From the NCBI GenBank assembly GCA_964057225.1, contig CAXKVF010000073.1, forward strand, positions 1,178,001 to 1,242,000: a stretch of DNA of 64,000 nucleotides, read 5' to 3'. The position numbers were made by a program, and so were the translations under genes. The notes beneath the pieces are model-generated. The model searched no databases. It was not told the origin of the DNA and saw nothing but the letters and a program-made list of their open reading frames with translations. The stretch comes from Auanema rhodensis (taxonomy: Eukaryota; Animalia; Nematoda). This document shows positions 44,702-60,000 of this stretch, piece by piece; positions within the stretch are counted from its first letter, which is position 1; each line of letters begins with the position of its first letter.

Positions 44702-47165
44702 CTAATTTTGAAAACCGCATCTCTTTATCTTTCACGTGAAGCGAGTTACATACCAAGTGCACATCACGTGTACATTTAATTAGCATAAATTAAAGTTCAC
44801 GTAATTTTCAAAGTCATGGTTACCATGAACCAATATCAATAAAAATTTGTTTTTAGACTAATATGGACATGGGGAATCTAATTTTGAAAACCGCATCTCC
44901 TTATCTTTCACGTGAAGCGAGTTACATACCAAGTGCACATCACGTGTACATTTAATTAGCATAAATTAAAGTTCACGTAAATTTCAAAGTCATGGTTACC
45001 ATGCACCAATATCAATAAAAATTTGTTTTTAGACTAATATGGACATGGGGAATCTAATTTTGAAAACCGCATCTCCTTATCTTTCACGTGAAGCGAGTTA
45101 CATACCAAGTGCACATCACGTGTACATTTAATTAGCATAAATTAAAGTTCACGTAAATTTCAAAGTCATGGTTACCATGCACCAATATCAATAAAAATTT
45201 GTTTTTAGACTAATATGGACATGGGGAATCTAATTTTGAAAACCGCATCTCTTCATCTTTCACGTGAAGCGAGTTACATACCAAGTGCACATCACGTGTA
45301 CATTTAATTAGCATAAATTAAAGTTCACGTAAATTTCAAAGTCATGGTTACCATGCACCAATATCAATAAAAATTTGTTTTTAGACTAATATGGACATGG
45401 GGAATCTAATTTTGAAAACCGCATCTCTTTATCTTTCACGTGAAGCGAGTTACATACCAAGTGCACATCACGTGTACATTTAATTAGCATAAATTAAAGT
45501 TCACGTAAATTTCAAAGTCATGGTTACCATGCACCAATGTCAATAAAAATTTGTTTTTAGACTAATATGGACATGGGGAATCTAATTTTGAAAACCGCAT
45601 CTCTTCATCTTTCACGTGAAGCGAGTTACATACCAAGTGCACATCACGTGTACATTTAATTAGCATAAATTAAAGTTCACGTAAATTTCAAAGTCATGGT
45701 TACCATGCACCAATGTCAATAAAAATTTGTTTTTAGACTAATATGGACATGGGAAATCTAATTTTGAAAACCGCATCTCTTTATCTTTCACGTGAAGCGA
45801 GTTACATACCAAGTGCACATCACGTGTACATTTAATTAGCATAAATTAAAGTTCACGTAAATTTCAAAGTCATGGTTACCATGAACCAATATCAATAAAA
45901 ATTTGTTTTTAGACTAATATGGACATGGGGAATCTAATTTTGAAAACCGCATCTCTTTATCTTTCACGTGAAGCGAGTTACATACCAAGTGCACATCACG
46001 TGTACATTTAATTAGCATAAATTAAAGTTCACGTAATTTTCAAAGTCATGGTTACCATGAACCAATATCAATAAAAATTTGTTTTTAGACTAATATGGAC
46101 ATGGGGAATCTAATTTTGAAAACCGCATCTCCTTATCTTTCACGTGAAGCGAGTTACATACCAAGTGCACATCACGTGTACATTTAATTAGCATAAATTA
46201 AAGTTCACGTAAATTTTAAAGTCATGGTTACCATGCACCAATATCAATAAAAATTTGTTTTTAGACTAATATGGACATGGGGAATCTAATTTTGAAAACC
46301 GCATCTCCTTATCTTTCACGTGAAGCGAGTTACATACCAAGTGCACATCACGTGTACATTTAATTAGCATAAATTAAAGTTCACGTAAATTTCAAAGTCA
46401 TGGTTACCATGCACCAATATCAATAAAAATTTGTTTTTAGACTAATATGGACATGGGGAATCTAATTTTGAAAACCGCATCTCTTCATCTTTCACGTGAA
46501 GCGAGTTACATACCAAGTGCACATCACGTGTACATTTAATTAGCATAAATTAAAGTTCACGTAAATTTCAAAGTCATGGTTACCATGCACCAATATCAAT
46601 AAAAATTTGTTTTTAGACTAATATGGACATGGGGAATCTAATTTTGAAAACCGCATCTCTTTATCTTTCACGTGAAGCGAGTTACATACCAAGTGCACAT
46701 CACGTGTACATTTAATTAGCATAAATTAAAGTTCACGTAAATTTCAAAGTCATGGTTACCATGCACCAATGTCAATAAAAATTTGTTTTTAGACTAATAT
46801 GGACATGGGGAATCTAATTTTGAAAACCGCATCTCTTCATCTTTCACGTGAAGCGAGTTACATACCAAGTGCACATCACGTGTACATTTAATTAGCATAA
46901 ATTAAAGTTCACGTAAATTTCAAAGTCATGGTTACCATGCACCAATATCAATAAAAATTTGTTTTTAGACTAATATGGACATGGGGAATCTAATTTTGAA
47001 AACCGCATCTCTTTATCTTTCACGTGAAGCGAGTTACATACCAAGTGCACATCACGTGTACATTTAATTAGCATAAATTAAAGTTCACGTAAATTTCAAA
47101 GTCATGGTTACCATGCACCAATGTCAATAAAAATTTGTTTTTAGACTAATATGGACATGGGAAAT
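44702..47165 (+). repeat. Block repeated at a 7-monomer offset (1232 bp)
   Basis: A104T 44805/46037, T23C 44900/46132 and 45076/46308, T25C 45254/46486, A134G 45539/46771. Confidence 0.88.
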
Positions 47166-50160
47166 CTAATTTTGAAAACCGCATCTCTTTATCTTTCACG
47201 TGAAGCGAGTTACATACCAAGTGCACATCACGTGTACATTTAATTAGCATAAATTAAAGTTCACGTAAATTTCAAAGTCATGGTTACCATGCACCAATGT
47301 CAATAAAAATTTGTTTTTAGACTAATATGGACATGGGAAATCTAATTTTGAAAACCGCATCTCTTCATCTTTCACGTGAAGCGAGTTACATACCAAGTGC
47401 ACATCACGTGTACATTTAATTAGCATAAATTAAAGTTCACGTAAATTTCAAAGTCATGGTTACCATGCACCAATATCAATAAAAATTTGTTTTTAGACTA
47501 ATATGGACATGGGGAATCTAATTTTGAAAACCGCATCTCTTTATCTTTCACGTGAAGCGAGTTACATACCAAGTGCACATCACGTGTACATTTAATTAGC
47601 ATAAATTAAAGTTCACGTAAATTTCAAAGTCATGGTTACCATGAACCAATATCAATAAAAATTTGTTTTTAGACTAATATGGACATGGGGAATCTAATTT
47701 TGAAAACCGCATCTCTTTATCTTTCACGTGAAGCGAGTTACATACCAAGTGCACATCACGTGTACATTTAATTAGCATAAATTAAAGTTCACGTAACTTT
47801 CAAAGTCATGGTTACCATGCACCAATGTCAATAAAAATTTGTTTTTAGACTAATATGGACATGGGAAATCTAATTTTGAAAACCGCATCTCTTTATCTTT
47901 CACGTGAAGCGAGTTACATACCAAGTGCACATCACGTGTACATTTAATTAGCATAAATTAAAGTTCACGTAAATTTCAAAGTCATGGTTACCATGCACCA
48001 ATGTCAATAAAAATTTGTTTTTAGACTAATATGGACATGGGAAATCTAATTTTGAAAACCGCATCTCTTCATCTTTCACGTGAAGTGAGTTACATACCAA
48101 GTGCACATCACGTGTACATTTAATTAGCATAAATTAAAGTTCACGTAAATTTCAAAGTCATGGTTACCATGCACCAATATCAATAAAAATTTGTTTTTAG
48201 ACTAATATGGACATGGGGAATCTAATTTTGAAAACCGCATCTCTTTATCTTTCACGTGAAGCGAGTTACATACCAAGTGCACATCACGTGTACATTTAAT
48301 TAGCATAAATTAAAGTTCACGTAAATTTCAAAGTCATGGTTACCATGAACCAATATCAATAAAAATTTGTTTTTAGACTAATATGGACATGGGGAATCTA
48401 ATTTTGAAAACCGCATCTCTTTATCTTTCACGTGAAGCGAGTTACATACCAAGTGCACATCACGTGTACATTTAATTAGCATAAATTAAAGTTCACGTAA
48501 CTTTCAAAGTCATGGTTACCATGCACCAATATCAATAAAAATTTGTTTTTAGACTAATATGGACATGGGGAATCTAATTTTGAAAACCGCATCTCTTTAT
48601 CTTTCACGTGAAGCGAGTTACATACCAAGTGCACATCACGTGTACATTTAATTAGCATAAATTAAAGTTCACGTAAATTTCAAAGTCATGGTTACCATGC
48701 ACCAATATCAATAAAAATTTGTTTTTAGACTAATATGGACATGGGGAATCTAATTTTGAAAACCGCATCTCTTTATCTTTCACGTGAAGCGAGTTACATA
48801 CCAAGTGCACATCACGTGTACATTTAATTAGCATAAATTAAAGTTCACGTAAATTTCAAAGTCATGGTTACCATGCACCAATATCAATAAAAATTTGTTT
48901 TTAGACTAATATGGACATGGGGAATCTAATTTTGAAAACCGCATCTCTTTATCTTTCACGTGAAGCGAGTTACATACCAAGTGCACATCACGTGTACATT
49001 TAATTAGCATAAATTAAAGTTCACGTAAATTTCAAAGTCATGGTTACCATGAACCAATATCAATAAAAATTTGTTTTTAGACTAATATGGACATGGGGAA
49101 TCTAATTTTGAAAACCGCATCTCTTTATCTTTCACGTGAAGCGAGTTACATACCAAGTGCACATCACGTGTACAATTAATTAGCATAAATTAAAGTTCAC
49201 GTAAATTTCAAAGTCATGGTTACCATGAACCAATATCAATAAAAATTTGTTTTTAGACTAATATGGACATGGGGAATCTAATTTTGAAAACCGCATCTCT
49301 TTATCTTTCACGTGAAGCGAGTTACATACCAAGTGCCCATCACGTGTACATTTAATTAGCATAAATTAAAGTTCAAGTAAATTTCAAAGTCATGGTTACC
49401 ATGCACCAATATCAATAAAAATTTGTTTTTAGACTAATATGGACATGGGGAATCTAATTTTGAAAACCGCATCTCCTTATCTTTCACGTGAAGCGAGTTA
49501 CATACCAAGTGGTGCACATCACGTGTACATTTAATTAGCATAAATTAAAGTTCACGTAAATTTCAAAGTCATGGTTACCATGCACCAATATCAATAAAAA
49601 TTTGTTTTTAGACTAATATGGACATGGGGAATCTAATTTTGAAAACCGCATCTCTTCATCTTTCACGTGAAGCGAGTTACATACCAAGTGCACATCACGT
49701 GTACATTTAATTAGCATAAATTAAAGTTCACGTAAATTTCAAAGTCATGGTTACCATGCACCAATATCAATAAAAATTTGTTTTTAGACTAATATGGACA
49801 TGGGGAATCTAATTTTGAAAACCGCATCTCTTTATCTTTCACGTGAAGCGAGTTACATACCAAGTGCACATCACGTGTACATTTAATTAGCATAAATTAA
49901 AGTTCACGTAAATTTCAAAGTCATGGTTACCATGCACCAATGTCAATAAAAATTTGTTTTTAGACTAATATGGACATGGGGAATCTAATTTTGAAAACCG
50001 CATCTCTTCATCTTTCACGTGAAGCAAGTTACATACCAAGTGCACATCACGTGTACATTTAATTAGCATAAATTAAAGTTCACGTAAATTTCAAAGTCAT
50101 GGTTACCATGCACCAATATCAATAAAAATTTGTTTTTAGACTAATATGGACATGGGGAAT

Positions 50161-53100
50161 CTAATTTTGAAAACCGCATCTCTTTATCTTTCACGTGAAG
50201 CGAGTTACATACCAAGTGCACATCACGTGTACATTTAATTAGCATAAATTAAAGTTCACGTAAATTTCAAAGTCATGGTTACCATGCACCAATGTCAATA
50301 AAAATTTGTTTTTAGACTAATATGGACATGGGAAATCTAATTTTGAAAACCGCATCTCTTCATCTTTCACGTGAAGCGAGTTACATACCAAGTGCACATC
50401 ACGTTTACATTTAATTAGCATAAATTAAAGTTCACGTAAATTTCAAAGTCATGGTTACCATGCACCAATGTCAATAAAAATTTGTTTTTAGACTAATATG
50501 GACATGGGAAATCTAATTTTGAAAACCGCATCTCTTTATCTTTCACGTGAAGCGAGTTACATACCAAGTGCACATCACGTGTACATTTAATTAGCATAAA
50601 TTAAAGTTCACGTAAATTTCAAAGTCATGGTTACCATGCACCAATATCAATAAAAATTTGTTTTTAGACTAATATGGACATGGGGAATCTAATTTTAAAA
50701 ACCGCATCTCTTTATCTTTCACGTGAAGCGAGTTACATACCAAGTGCACATCACGTGTACATTTAATTAGCATAAATTAAAGTTCACGTAAATTTCAAAG
50801 TCATGGTTACCATGCACCAATATCAATAAAAATTTGTTTTTAGACTAATATGGACATGGGGAATCTAATTTTGAAAACCGCATCTCTTTATCTTTCACGT
50901 GAAGCGAGTTACATACCAAGTGCACATCACGTGTACATTTAATTAGCATAAATTAAAGTTCACGTAACTTTCAAAGTCATGGTTACCATGCACCAATATC
51001 AATAAAAATTTGTTTTTAGACTAATATGGACATGGGGAATCTAATTTTGAAAACCGCATCTCTTTATCTTTCACGTGAAGCGAGTTACATACCAAGTGCA
51101 CATCACGTGTACATTTAATTAGCATAAATTAAAGTTCACGTAAATTTCAAAGTCATGGTTACCATGCACCAATATCAATAAAAATTTGTTTTTAGACTAA
51201 TATGGACATGGGGAATCTAATTTTGAAAACCGCATCTCTTTATCTTTCACGTGAAGCGAGTTACATACCAAGTGCACATCACGTGTACATTTAATTAGCA
51301 TAAATTAAAGTTCACGTAAATTTCAAAGTCATGGTTACCATGCACCAATATCAATAAAAATTTGTTTTTAGACTAATATGGACATGGGAAATCTAATTTT
51401 GACAACCGCATCTCCTTATCTTTCACGTGAAGCGAGTTACATACCAAGTGCACATCACGTGTACATTTAATTAGCATAAATTAAAGTTCACGTAAATTTC
51501 AAAGTCATGGTTACCATGCACCAATGTCAATAAAAATTTGTTTTTAGACTAATATGGACATGGGAAATCTAATTTTGAAAACCGCATCTCTTTATCTTTC
51601 ACGTGAAGCGAGTTACATACCAAGTGCACATCACGTGTACATTTAATTAGCATAAATTAAAGTTCACGTAAATTTCAAAGTCATGGTTACCATGCACCAA
51701 TGTCAATAAAAATTTGTTTTTAGACTAATATGGACATGGGAAATCTAATTTTGAAAACCGCATCTCTTCATCTTTCACGTGAAGCGAGTTACATACCAAG
51801 TGCACATCACGTGTACATTTAATTAGCATAAATTAAAGTTCACGTAAATTTCAAAGTCATGGTTACCATGCACCAATATCAATAAAAATTTGTTTTTAGA
51901 CTAATATGGACATGGGGAATCTAATTTTGAAAACCGCATCTCTTTATCTTTCACGTGAAGCGAGTTACATACCAAGTGCACATCACGTGTACATTTAATT
52001 AGCATAAATTAAAGTTCACGTAAATTTCAAAGTCATGGTTACCATGAACCAATATCAATAAAAATTTGTTTTTAGACTAATATGGACATGGGGAATCTAA
52101 TTTTGAAAACCGCATCTCTTTATCTTTCACGTGAAGCGAGTTACATACCAAGTGCACATCACGTGTACATTTAATTAGCATAAATTAAAGTTCACGTAAC
52201 TTTCAAAGTCATGGTTACCATGCACCAATATCAATAAAAATTTGTTTTTAGACTAATATGGACATGGGGAATCTAATTTTGAAAACCGCATCTCTTTATC
52301 TTTCACGTGAAGCGAGTTACATACCAAGTGCACATCACGTGTACATTTAATTAGCATAAATTAAAGTTCACGTAAATTTCAAAGTCATGGTTACCATGCA
52401 CCAATATCAATAAAAATTTGTTTTTAGACTAATATGGACATGGGGAATCTAATTTTGAAAACCGCATCTCTTTATCTTTCACGTGAAGCGAGTTACATAC
52501 CAAGTGCACATCACGTGTACATTTAATTAGCATAAATTAAAGTTCACGTAAATTTCAAAGTCATGGTTACCATGCACCAATGTCAATAAAAATTTGTTTT
52601 TAGACTAATATGGACATGGGAAATCTAATTTTGAAAACCGCATCTCTTCATCTTTCACGTGAAGCGAGTTACATACCAAGTGCACATCACGTGTACATTT
52701 AATTAGCATAAATTAAAGTTCACGTAAATTTCAAAGTCATGGTTACCATGCACCAATGTCAATAAAAATTTGTTTTTAGACTAATATGGACATGGGAAAT
52801 CTAATTTTGAAAACCGCATCTCTTTATCTTTCACGTGAAGCGAGTTACATACCAAGTGCACATCACGTGTACATTTAATTAGCATAAATTAAAGTTCACG
52901 TAAATTTCAAAGTCATGGTTACCATGCACCAATATCAATAAAAATTTGTTTTTAGACTAATATGGACATGGGGAATCTAATTTTAAAAACCGCATCTCTT
53001 TATCTTTCACGTGAAGCGAGTTACATACCAAGTGCACATCACGTGTACATTTAATTAGCATAAATTAAAGTTCACGTAAATTTCAAAGTCATGGTTACCA

Positions 53101-54736
53101 TGCACCAATATCAATAAAAATTTGTTTTTAGACTAATATGGACATGGGGAATCTAATTTTGAAAACCGCATCTCTTTATCTTTCACGTGAAGCGAGTTAC
53201 ATACCAAGTGCACATCACGTGTACATTTAATTAGCATAAATTAAAGTTCACGTAACTTTCAAAGTCATGGTTACCATGCACCAATATCAATAAAAATTTG
53301 TTTTTAGACTAATATGGACATGGGGAATCTAATTTTGAAAACCGCATCTCTTTATCTTTCACGTGAAGCGAGTTACATACCAAGTGCACATCACGTGTAC
53401 ATTTAATTAGCATAAATTAAAGTTCACGTAAATTTCAAAGTCATGGTTACCATGCACCAATATCAATAAAAATTTGTTTTTAGACTAATATGGACATGGG
53501 GAATCTAATTTTGAAAACCGCATCTCTTTATCTTTCACGTGAAGCGAGTTACATACCAAGTGCACATCACGTGTACATTTAATTAGCATAAATTAAAGTT
53601 CACGTAAATTTCAAAGTCATGGTTACCATGCACCAATATCAATAAAAATTTGTTTTTAGACTAATATGGACATGGGAAATCTAATTTTGACAACCGCATC
53701 TCCTTATCTTTCACGTGAAGCGAGTTACATACCAAGTGCACATCACGTGTACATTTAATTAGCATAAATTAAAGTTCACGTAAATTTCAAAGTCATGGTT
53801 ACCATGCACCAATGTCAATAAAAATTTGTTTTTAGACTAATATGGACATGGGAAATCTAATTTTGAAAACCGCATCTCTTTATCTTTCACGTGAAGCGAG
53901 TTACATACCAAGTGCACATCACGTGTACATTTAATTAGCATAAATTAAAGTTCACGTAAATTTCAAAGTCATGGTTACCATGCACCAATGTCAATAAAAA
54001 TTTGTTTTTAGACTAATATGGACATGGGAAATCTAATTTTGAAAACCGCATCTCTTCATCTTTCACGTGAAGCGAGTTACATACCAAGTGCACATCACGT
54101 GTACATTTAATTAGCATAAATTAAAGTTCACGTAAATTTCAAAGTCATGGTTACCATGCACCAATATCAATAAAAATTTGTTTTTAGACTAATATGGACA
54201 TGGGGAATCTAATTTTAAAAACCGCATCTCTTTATCTTTCACGTGAAGCGAGTTACATACCAAGTGCACATCACGTGTACATTTAATTAGCATAAATTAA
54301 AGTTCACGTAAATTTCAAAGTCATGGTTACCATGAACCAATATCAATAAAAATTTGTTTTTAGACTAATATGGACATGGGGAATCTAATTTTGAAAACCG
54401 CATCTCTTTATCTTTCACGTGAAGCGAGTTACATACCAAGTGCACATCACGTGTACATTTAATTAGCATAAATTAAAGTTCACGTAACTTTCAAAGTCAT
54501 GGTTACCATGCACCAATATCAATAAAAATTTGTTTTTAGACTAATATGGACATGGGGAATCTAATTTTGAAAACCGCATCTCTTTATCTTTCACGTGAAG
54601 CGAGTTACATACCAAGTGCACATCACGTGTACATTTAATTAGCATAAATTAAAGTTCACGTAAATTTCAAAGTCATGGTTACCATGCACCAATATCAATA
54701 AAAATTTGTTTTTAGACTAATATGGACATGGGGAAT
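50161..54736 (+). repeat. Second 13-monomer (2288 bp) higher-order tandem duplication, 2 copies
   Basis: ttttaaaa 50697/52985, A104C 50968/53256, gacaacc 51403/53691, with a matching A134G/G173A/T25C order. Confidence 0.92.
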
Positions 54737-55265
54737 CTAATTTTGAAAACCGCATCTCTTTATCTTTCACGTGAAGCGAGTTACATACCAAGTGCACATC
54801 ACGTGTACATTTAATTAGCATAAATTAAAGTTCAACGTAAATTTCAAAGTCATGGTTACCATGCACCAATATCAATAAAAATTTGTTTTTAGACTAATAT
54901 GGACATGGGGAATCTAATTTTGAAAACCGCATCTCTTTATCTTTCACGTGAAGCGAGTTACATACCAAGTGCACATCACGTGTACATTTAATTAGCATAA
55001 ATTAAAGTTCACGTAAATTTCAAAGTCATGGTTACCATGCACCAATATCAATAAAAATTTGTTTTTAGACTAATATGGACATGGGGAATCTAATTTTGAA
55101 AACCGCATCTCTTTATCTTTCACGTGAAGCGAGTTACATACCAAGTGCACATCACGTGTACATTTAATTAGCATAAATTAAAGTTCACGTAAATTTCAAA
55201 GTCATGGTTACCATGCACCAATGTCAATAAAAATTTGTTTTTAGACTAATATGGACATGGGGAAT

Positions 55266-56321
55266 CTAATTTTGAAAACCGCATCTCTTCATCTTTCACG
55301 TGAAGCAAGTTACATACCAAGTGCACATCACGTGTACATTTAATTAGCATAAATTAAAGTTCACGTAAATTTCAAAGTCATGGTTACCATGCACCAATAT
55401 CAATAAAAATTTGTTTTTAGACTAATATGGACATGGGGAATCTAATTTTGAAAACCGCATCTCTTCATCTTTCACGTGAAGCGAGTTACATACCAAGTGC
55501 ACATCACGTGTACATTTAATTAGCATAAATTAAAGTTCACGTAAATTTCAAAGTCATGGTTACCATGCACCAATATCAATAAAAATTTGTTTTTAGACTA
55601 ATATGGACATGGGGAATCTAAGTTTGAAAACCGCATCTCTTTATCTTTCACGTGAAGCGAGTTACATACCAAGTGCACATCACGTGTACATTTAATAAGC
55701 ATAAATTAAAGTTCACGTAAATTTCAAAGTCATGGTTACCATGCACCAATATCAATAAAAATTTGTTTTTAGACTAATATGGACATGGGGAATCTAATTT
55801 TGAAAACCGCATCTCTTCATCTTTCACGTGAAGCAAGTTACATACCAAGTGCACATCACGTGTACATTTAATTAGCATAAATTAAAGTTCACGTAAATTT
55901 CAAAGTCATGGTTACCATGCACCAATATCAATAAAAATTTGTTTTTAGACTAATATGGACATGGGGAATCTAATTTTGAAAACCGCATCTCTTCATCTTT
56001 CACGTGAAGCGAGTTACATACCAAGTGCACATCACGTGTACATTTAATTAGCATAAATTAAAGTTCACGTAAATTTCAAAGTCATGGTTACCATGCACCA
56101 ATATCAATAAAAATTTGTTTTTAGACTAATATGGACATGGGGAATCTAAGTTTGAAAACCGCATCTCTTTATCTTTCACGTGAAGCGAGTTACATACCAA
56201 GTGCACATCACGTGTACATTTAATAAGCATAAATTAAAGTTCACGTAAATTTCAAAGTCATGGTTACCATGAACCAATATCAATAAAAATTTGTTTTTAG
56301 ACTAATATGGACATGGGGAAT
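55266..56321 (+). repeat. 3-monomer (528 bp) tandem duplication
   Basis: gaagcaag 55307/55835, ctaagttt 55622/56150 and taataagc ~55697/~56225. Confidence 0.9.
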
Positions 56322-57025
56322 CTAATTTTGAAAACCGCATCTCTTTATCTTTCACGTGAAGCGAGTTACATACCAAGTGCACATCACGTGTACATTTAAT
56401 TAGCATAAATTAAAGTTCACGTAAATTTCAAAGTCATGGTTACCATGCACCAATATCAATAAAAATTTGTTTTTAGACTAATATGGACATGGGGAATCTA
56501 ATTTTGAAAACCGCATCTCCTTATCTTTCACGTGAAGCGAGTTACATACCAAGTGCACATCACGTGTACATTTAATTAGCATAAATTAAAGTTCACGTAA
56601 ATTTCAAAGTCATGGTTACCATGCACCAATATCAATAAAAATTTGTTTTTAGACTAATATGGACATGGGGAATCTAATTTTGAAAACCGCATCTCTTCAT
56701 CTTTCACGTGAAGCGAGTTACATACCAAGTGCACATCACGTGTACATTTAATTAGCATAAATTAAAGTTCACGTAAATTTCAAACTCATGGTTACCATGC
56801 ACCAATATCAATAAAAATTTGTTTTTAGACTAATATGGACATGGGGAATCTAATTTTGAAAACCGCATCTCCTTATCTTTCACGTGAAGCGAGTTACATA
56901 CCAAGTGCACATCACGTGTACATTTAATTAGCATAAATTAAAGTTCACGTAAATTTCAAAGTCATGGTTACCATGCACCAATATCAATAAAAATTTGTTT
57001 TTAGACTAATATGGACATGGGGAAT

Positions 57026-60000
57026 CTAATTTTGAAAACCGCATCTCTTTATCTTTCACGTGAAGCGAGTTACATACCAAGTGCACATCACGTGTACATT
57101 TAATTAGCATAAATTAAAGTTCACGTAAATTTCAAAGTCATGGTTACCATGAACCAATATCAATAAAAATTTGTTTTTAGACTAAGATGGACATGGGTAA
57201 TCTAATTTTGAAAACCGCATCTCTTTATCTTTCACGTGAAGCGAGTTACATACCAAGTGCACATCACGTGTACATTTATTTAGCATAAATTAAAGTTCAC
57301 GTAAATTTCAAAGTCATGGTTACCATGCACCAATATCAATAAAAATTTGTTTTTAGACTAATATGGACATATGGAATCTAATTTTGAAAACCGCATCTCC
57401 TTATCTTTCACGTGAAGCGAGTTACATACCAAGTGCACATCACGTGTACATTTAATTAGCATAAATTAAAGTTCACGTAAATTTCAAAGTCATGTTTACC
57501 ATGCACCAATATCAATAAAAATTTGTTTTTAGACTAATATGGACATGGGGAATCTAATTTTGAAAACCGCATCTCTTCATCTTTCACGTGAAGCGAGTTA
57601 CATACCAAGTGCATATCACGTGTACATTTAATTAGCATAAATTAAAGTTCACGTAACTTTCAAAGTCATGGTTACCATGCACCAATATCAATAAAAATTT
57701 GTTTTTAGACTAATATGGACATGGGGAATCTAATTTTGAAAACCGCATCTCTTTATCTTTCACGTGAAGCGAGTTACATACTAAGTGCACATCACGTGTA
57801 CATTTAATTAGCATAAATTAAAGTTCACGTAAATTTCAAAGTCATGGTTACCATGCACCAATATCAATAAAAATTTGTTTTTAGACTAATATGGACATGG
57901 GGAATCTAATTTTGAAAACCGCATCTCTTTATCTTTCACGTGAAGCGAGTTACATACCGAGTGCACATCACGTATACATTTAATTAGCATAAATTAAAGT
58001 TCACGTAAATTTCAAAGTCATGGTTACCATGAACCAATATCAATAAAAATTTGTTTTTAGACTAATATGGACATGGGGAATCTAATTTTGAAAACCGCAT
58101 CTCTTTATCTTTCACGTGAAGCGAGTTACATACCAAGTGCACATCACGTGTACATTTAATTAGCATAAATTAAAGTTCACGTAAATTTCAAAGTCATGGT
58201 TACCATGAACCAATATCAATAAAAATTTGTTTTTAGACTAATATGGACATGGGGAATCTAATTTTGAAAACCGCATCTCTTTATCTTTCACGTGAAGCGA
58301 GTTACATACCAAGTGCACATCACGTGTACATTTAATTAGCATAAATTAAAGTTCACGTAAATTTCAAAGTCATGGTTACCATGAACCAATATCAATAAAA
58401 ATTTGTTTTTAGACTAATATGGACATGGGGAATCTAATTTTGAAAACCGCATCTCTTTATCTTTCACGTGAAGCGAGTTACATACCAAGTGCACATCACG
58501 TATACATTTAATTAGCATAAATTAAAGTTCACGTAAATTTCAAAGTCATGGTTACCATGAACCAATATCAATAAAAATTTGTTTTTAGACTAATATGGAC
58601 ATGGGGAATCTAATTTTGAAAACCGCATCTCTTTATCTTTCACGTGAAGCGAGTTACATACCAAGAGCACATCACGTGTACATTTAATTAGCATAAATTA
58701 AAGTTCACGTAAATTTCAAAGTCATGGTTACCATGAACCAATATCAATAAAAATTTGTTTTTAGACTAATATGGACATGGGGAATCTAATTTTGAAAACC
58801 GTATCTCTTTATCTTTCACGTGAAGCGAGTTACATACCAAGTGCACATCACGTGTACATTTAATTAGCATAAATTAAAGTTCACGTAAATTTCAAAGTCA
58901 TGGTTACCATGAACCAATATCAATAAAAATTTGTTTTTAGACTAATATGGACATGGGGAATCTAATTTTGAAAACCGCATCTCTTTATCTTTCACGTGAA
59001 GCGAGTTACATACCAAGTGCACATCACGTGTACATTTAATTAGCATAAATTAAAGTTCACGTAAATTTCAAAGTCATGGTTACCATGAACCAATATCAAT
59101 AAAAATTTGTTTTAGACTAATATGGACATGGGGAATCTAATTTTGAAAACCGCATCTCTTTATCTTTCACGTGAAGCGAGTTACATACCAAGTGCACATC
59201 ACGTGTACATTTAATTAGCATAAATTAAAGTTCACGTAAATTTCAAAGTCATGGTTACCATGCACCAATATCAATAAAAATTTGTTTTTAGACTAATATG
59301 GACATGGGGAATCTAATTTTGAAAACCGCATCTCTTTATCTTTCACGTGAAGCGAGTTACATACCAAGTGCACATCACGTGTACATTTAATTAGCATAAA
59401 TTAAAGTTCACGTAAATTTCAAAGTCATGGTTACCATGAACCAATATCAATAAAAATTTGTTTTAGACTAATATGGACATGGGGAATCTAATTTTGAAAA
59501 CCGCATCTCTTTATCTTTCACGTGAAGCGAGTTACATACCAAGTGCACATCACGTGTACATTTAATTAGCATAAATTAAAGTTCACGTAAATTTCAAAGT
59601 CATGGTTACCATGAACCAATATCAATAAAAATTTGTTTTTAGACTAATATGGACATGGGGAATCTAATTTTGAAAACCGCATCTCTTTATCTTTCACGTG
59701 AAGCGAGTTACATACCAAGTGCACATCACGTGTACATTTAATTAGCATAAATTAAAGTTCACGTAAATTTCAAAGTCATGGTTACCATGCACCAATATCA
59801 ATAAAAATTTGTTTTTAGACTAATATGGACATGGGGAATCTAATTTTGAAAACCGCATCTCTTTATCTTTCACGTGAAGCGAGTTACATACCAAGTGCAC
59901 ATCACGTGTACATTTAATTAGCATAAATTAAAGTTCACGTAAATTTCAAAGTCATGGTTACCATGAACCAATATCAATAAAAATTGGTTTTTAGACTAAT

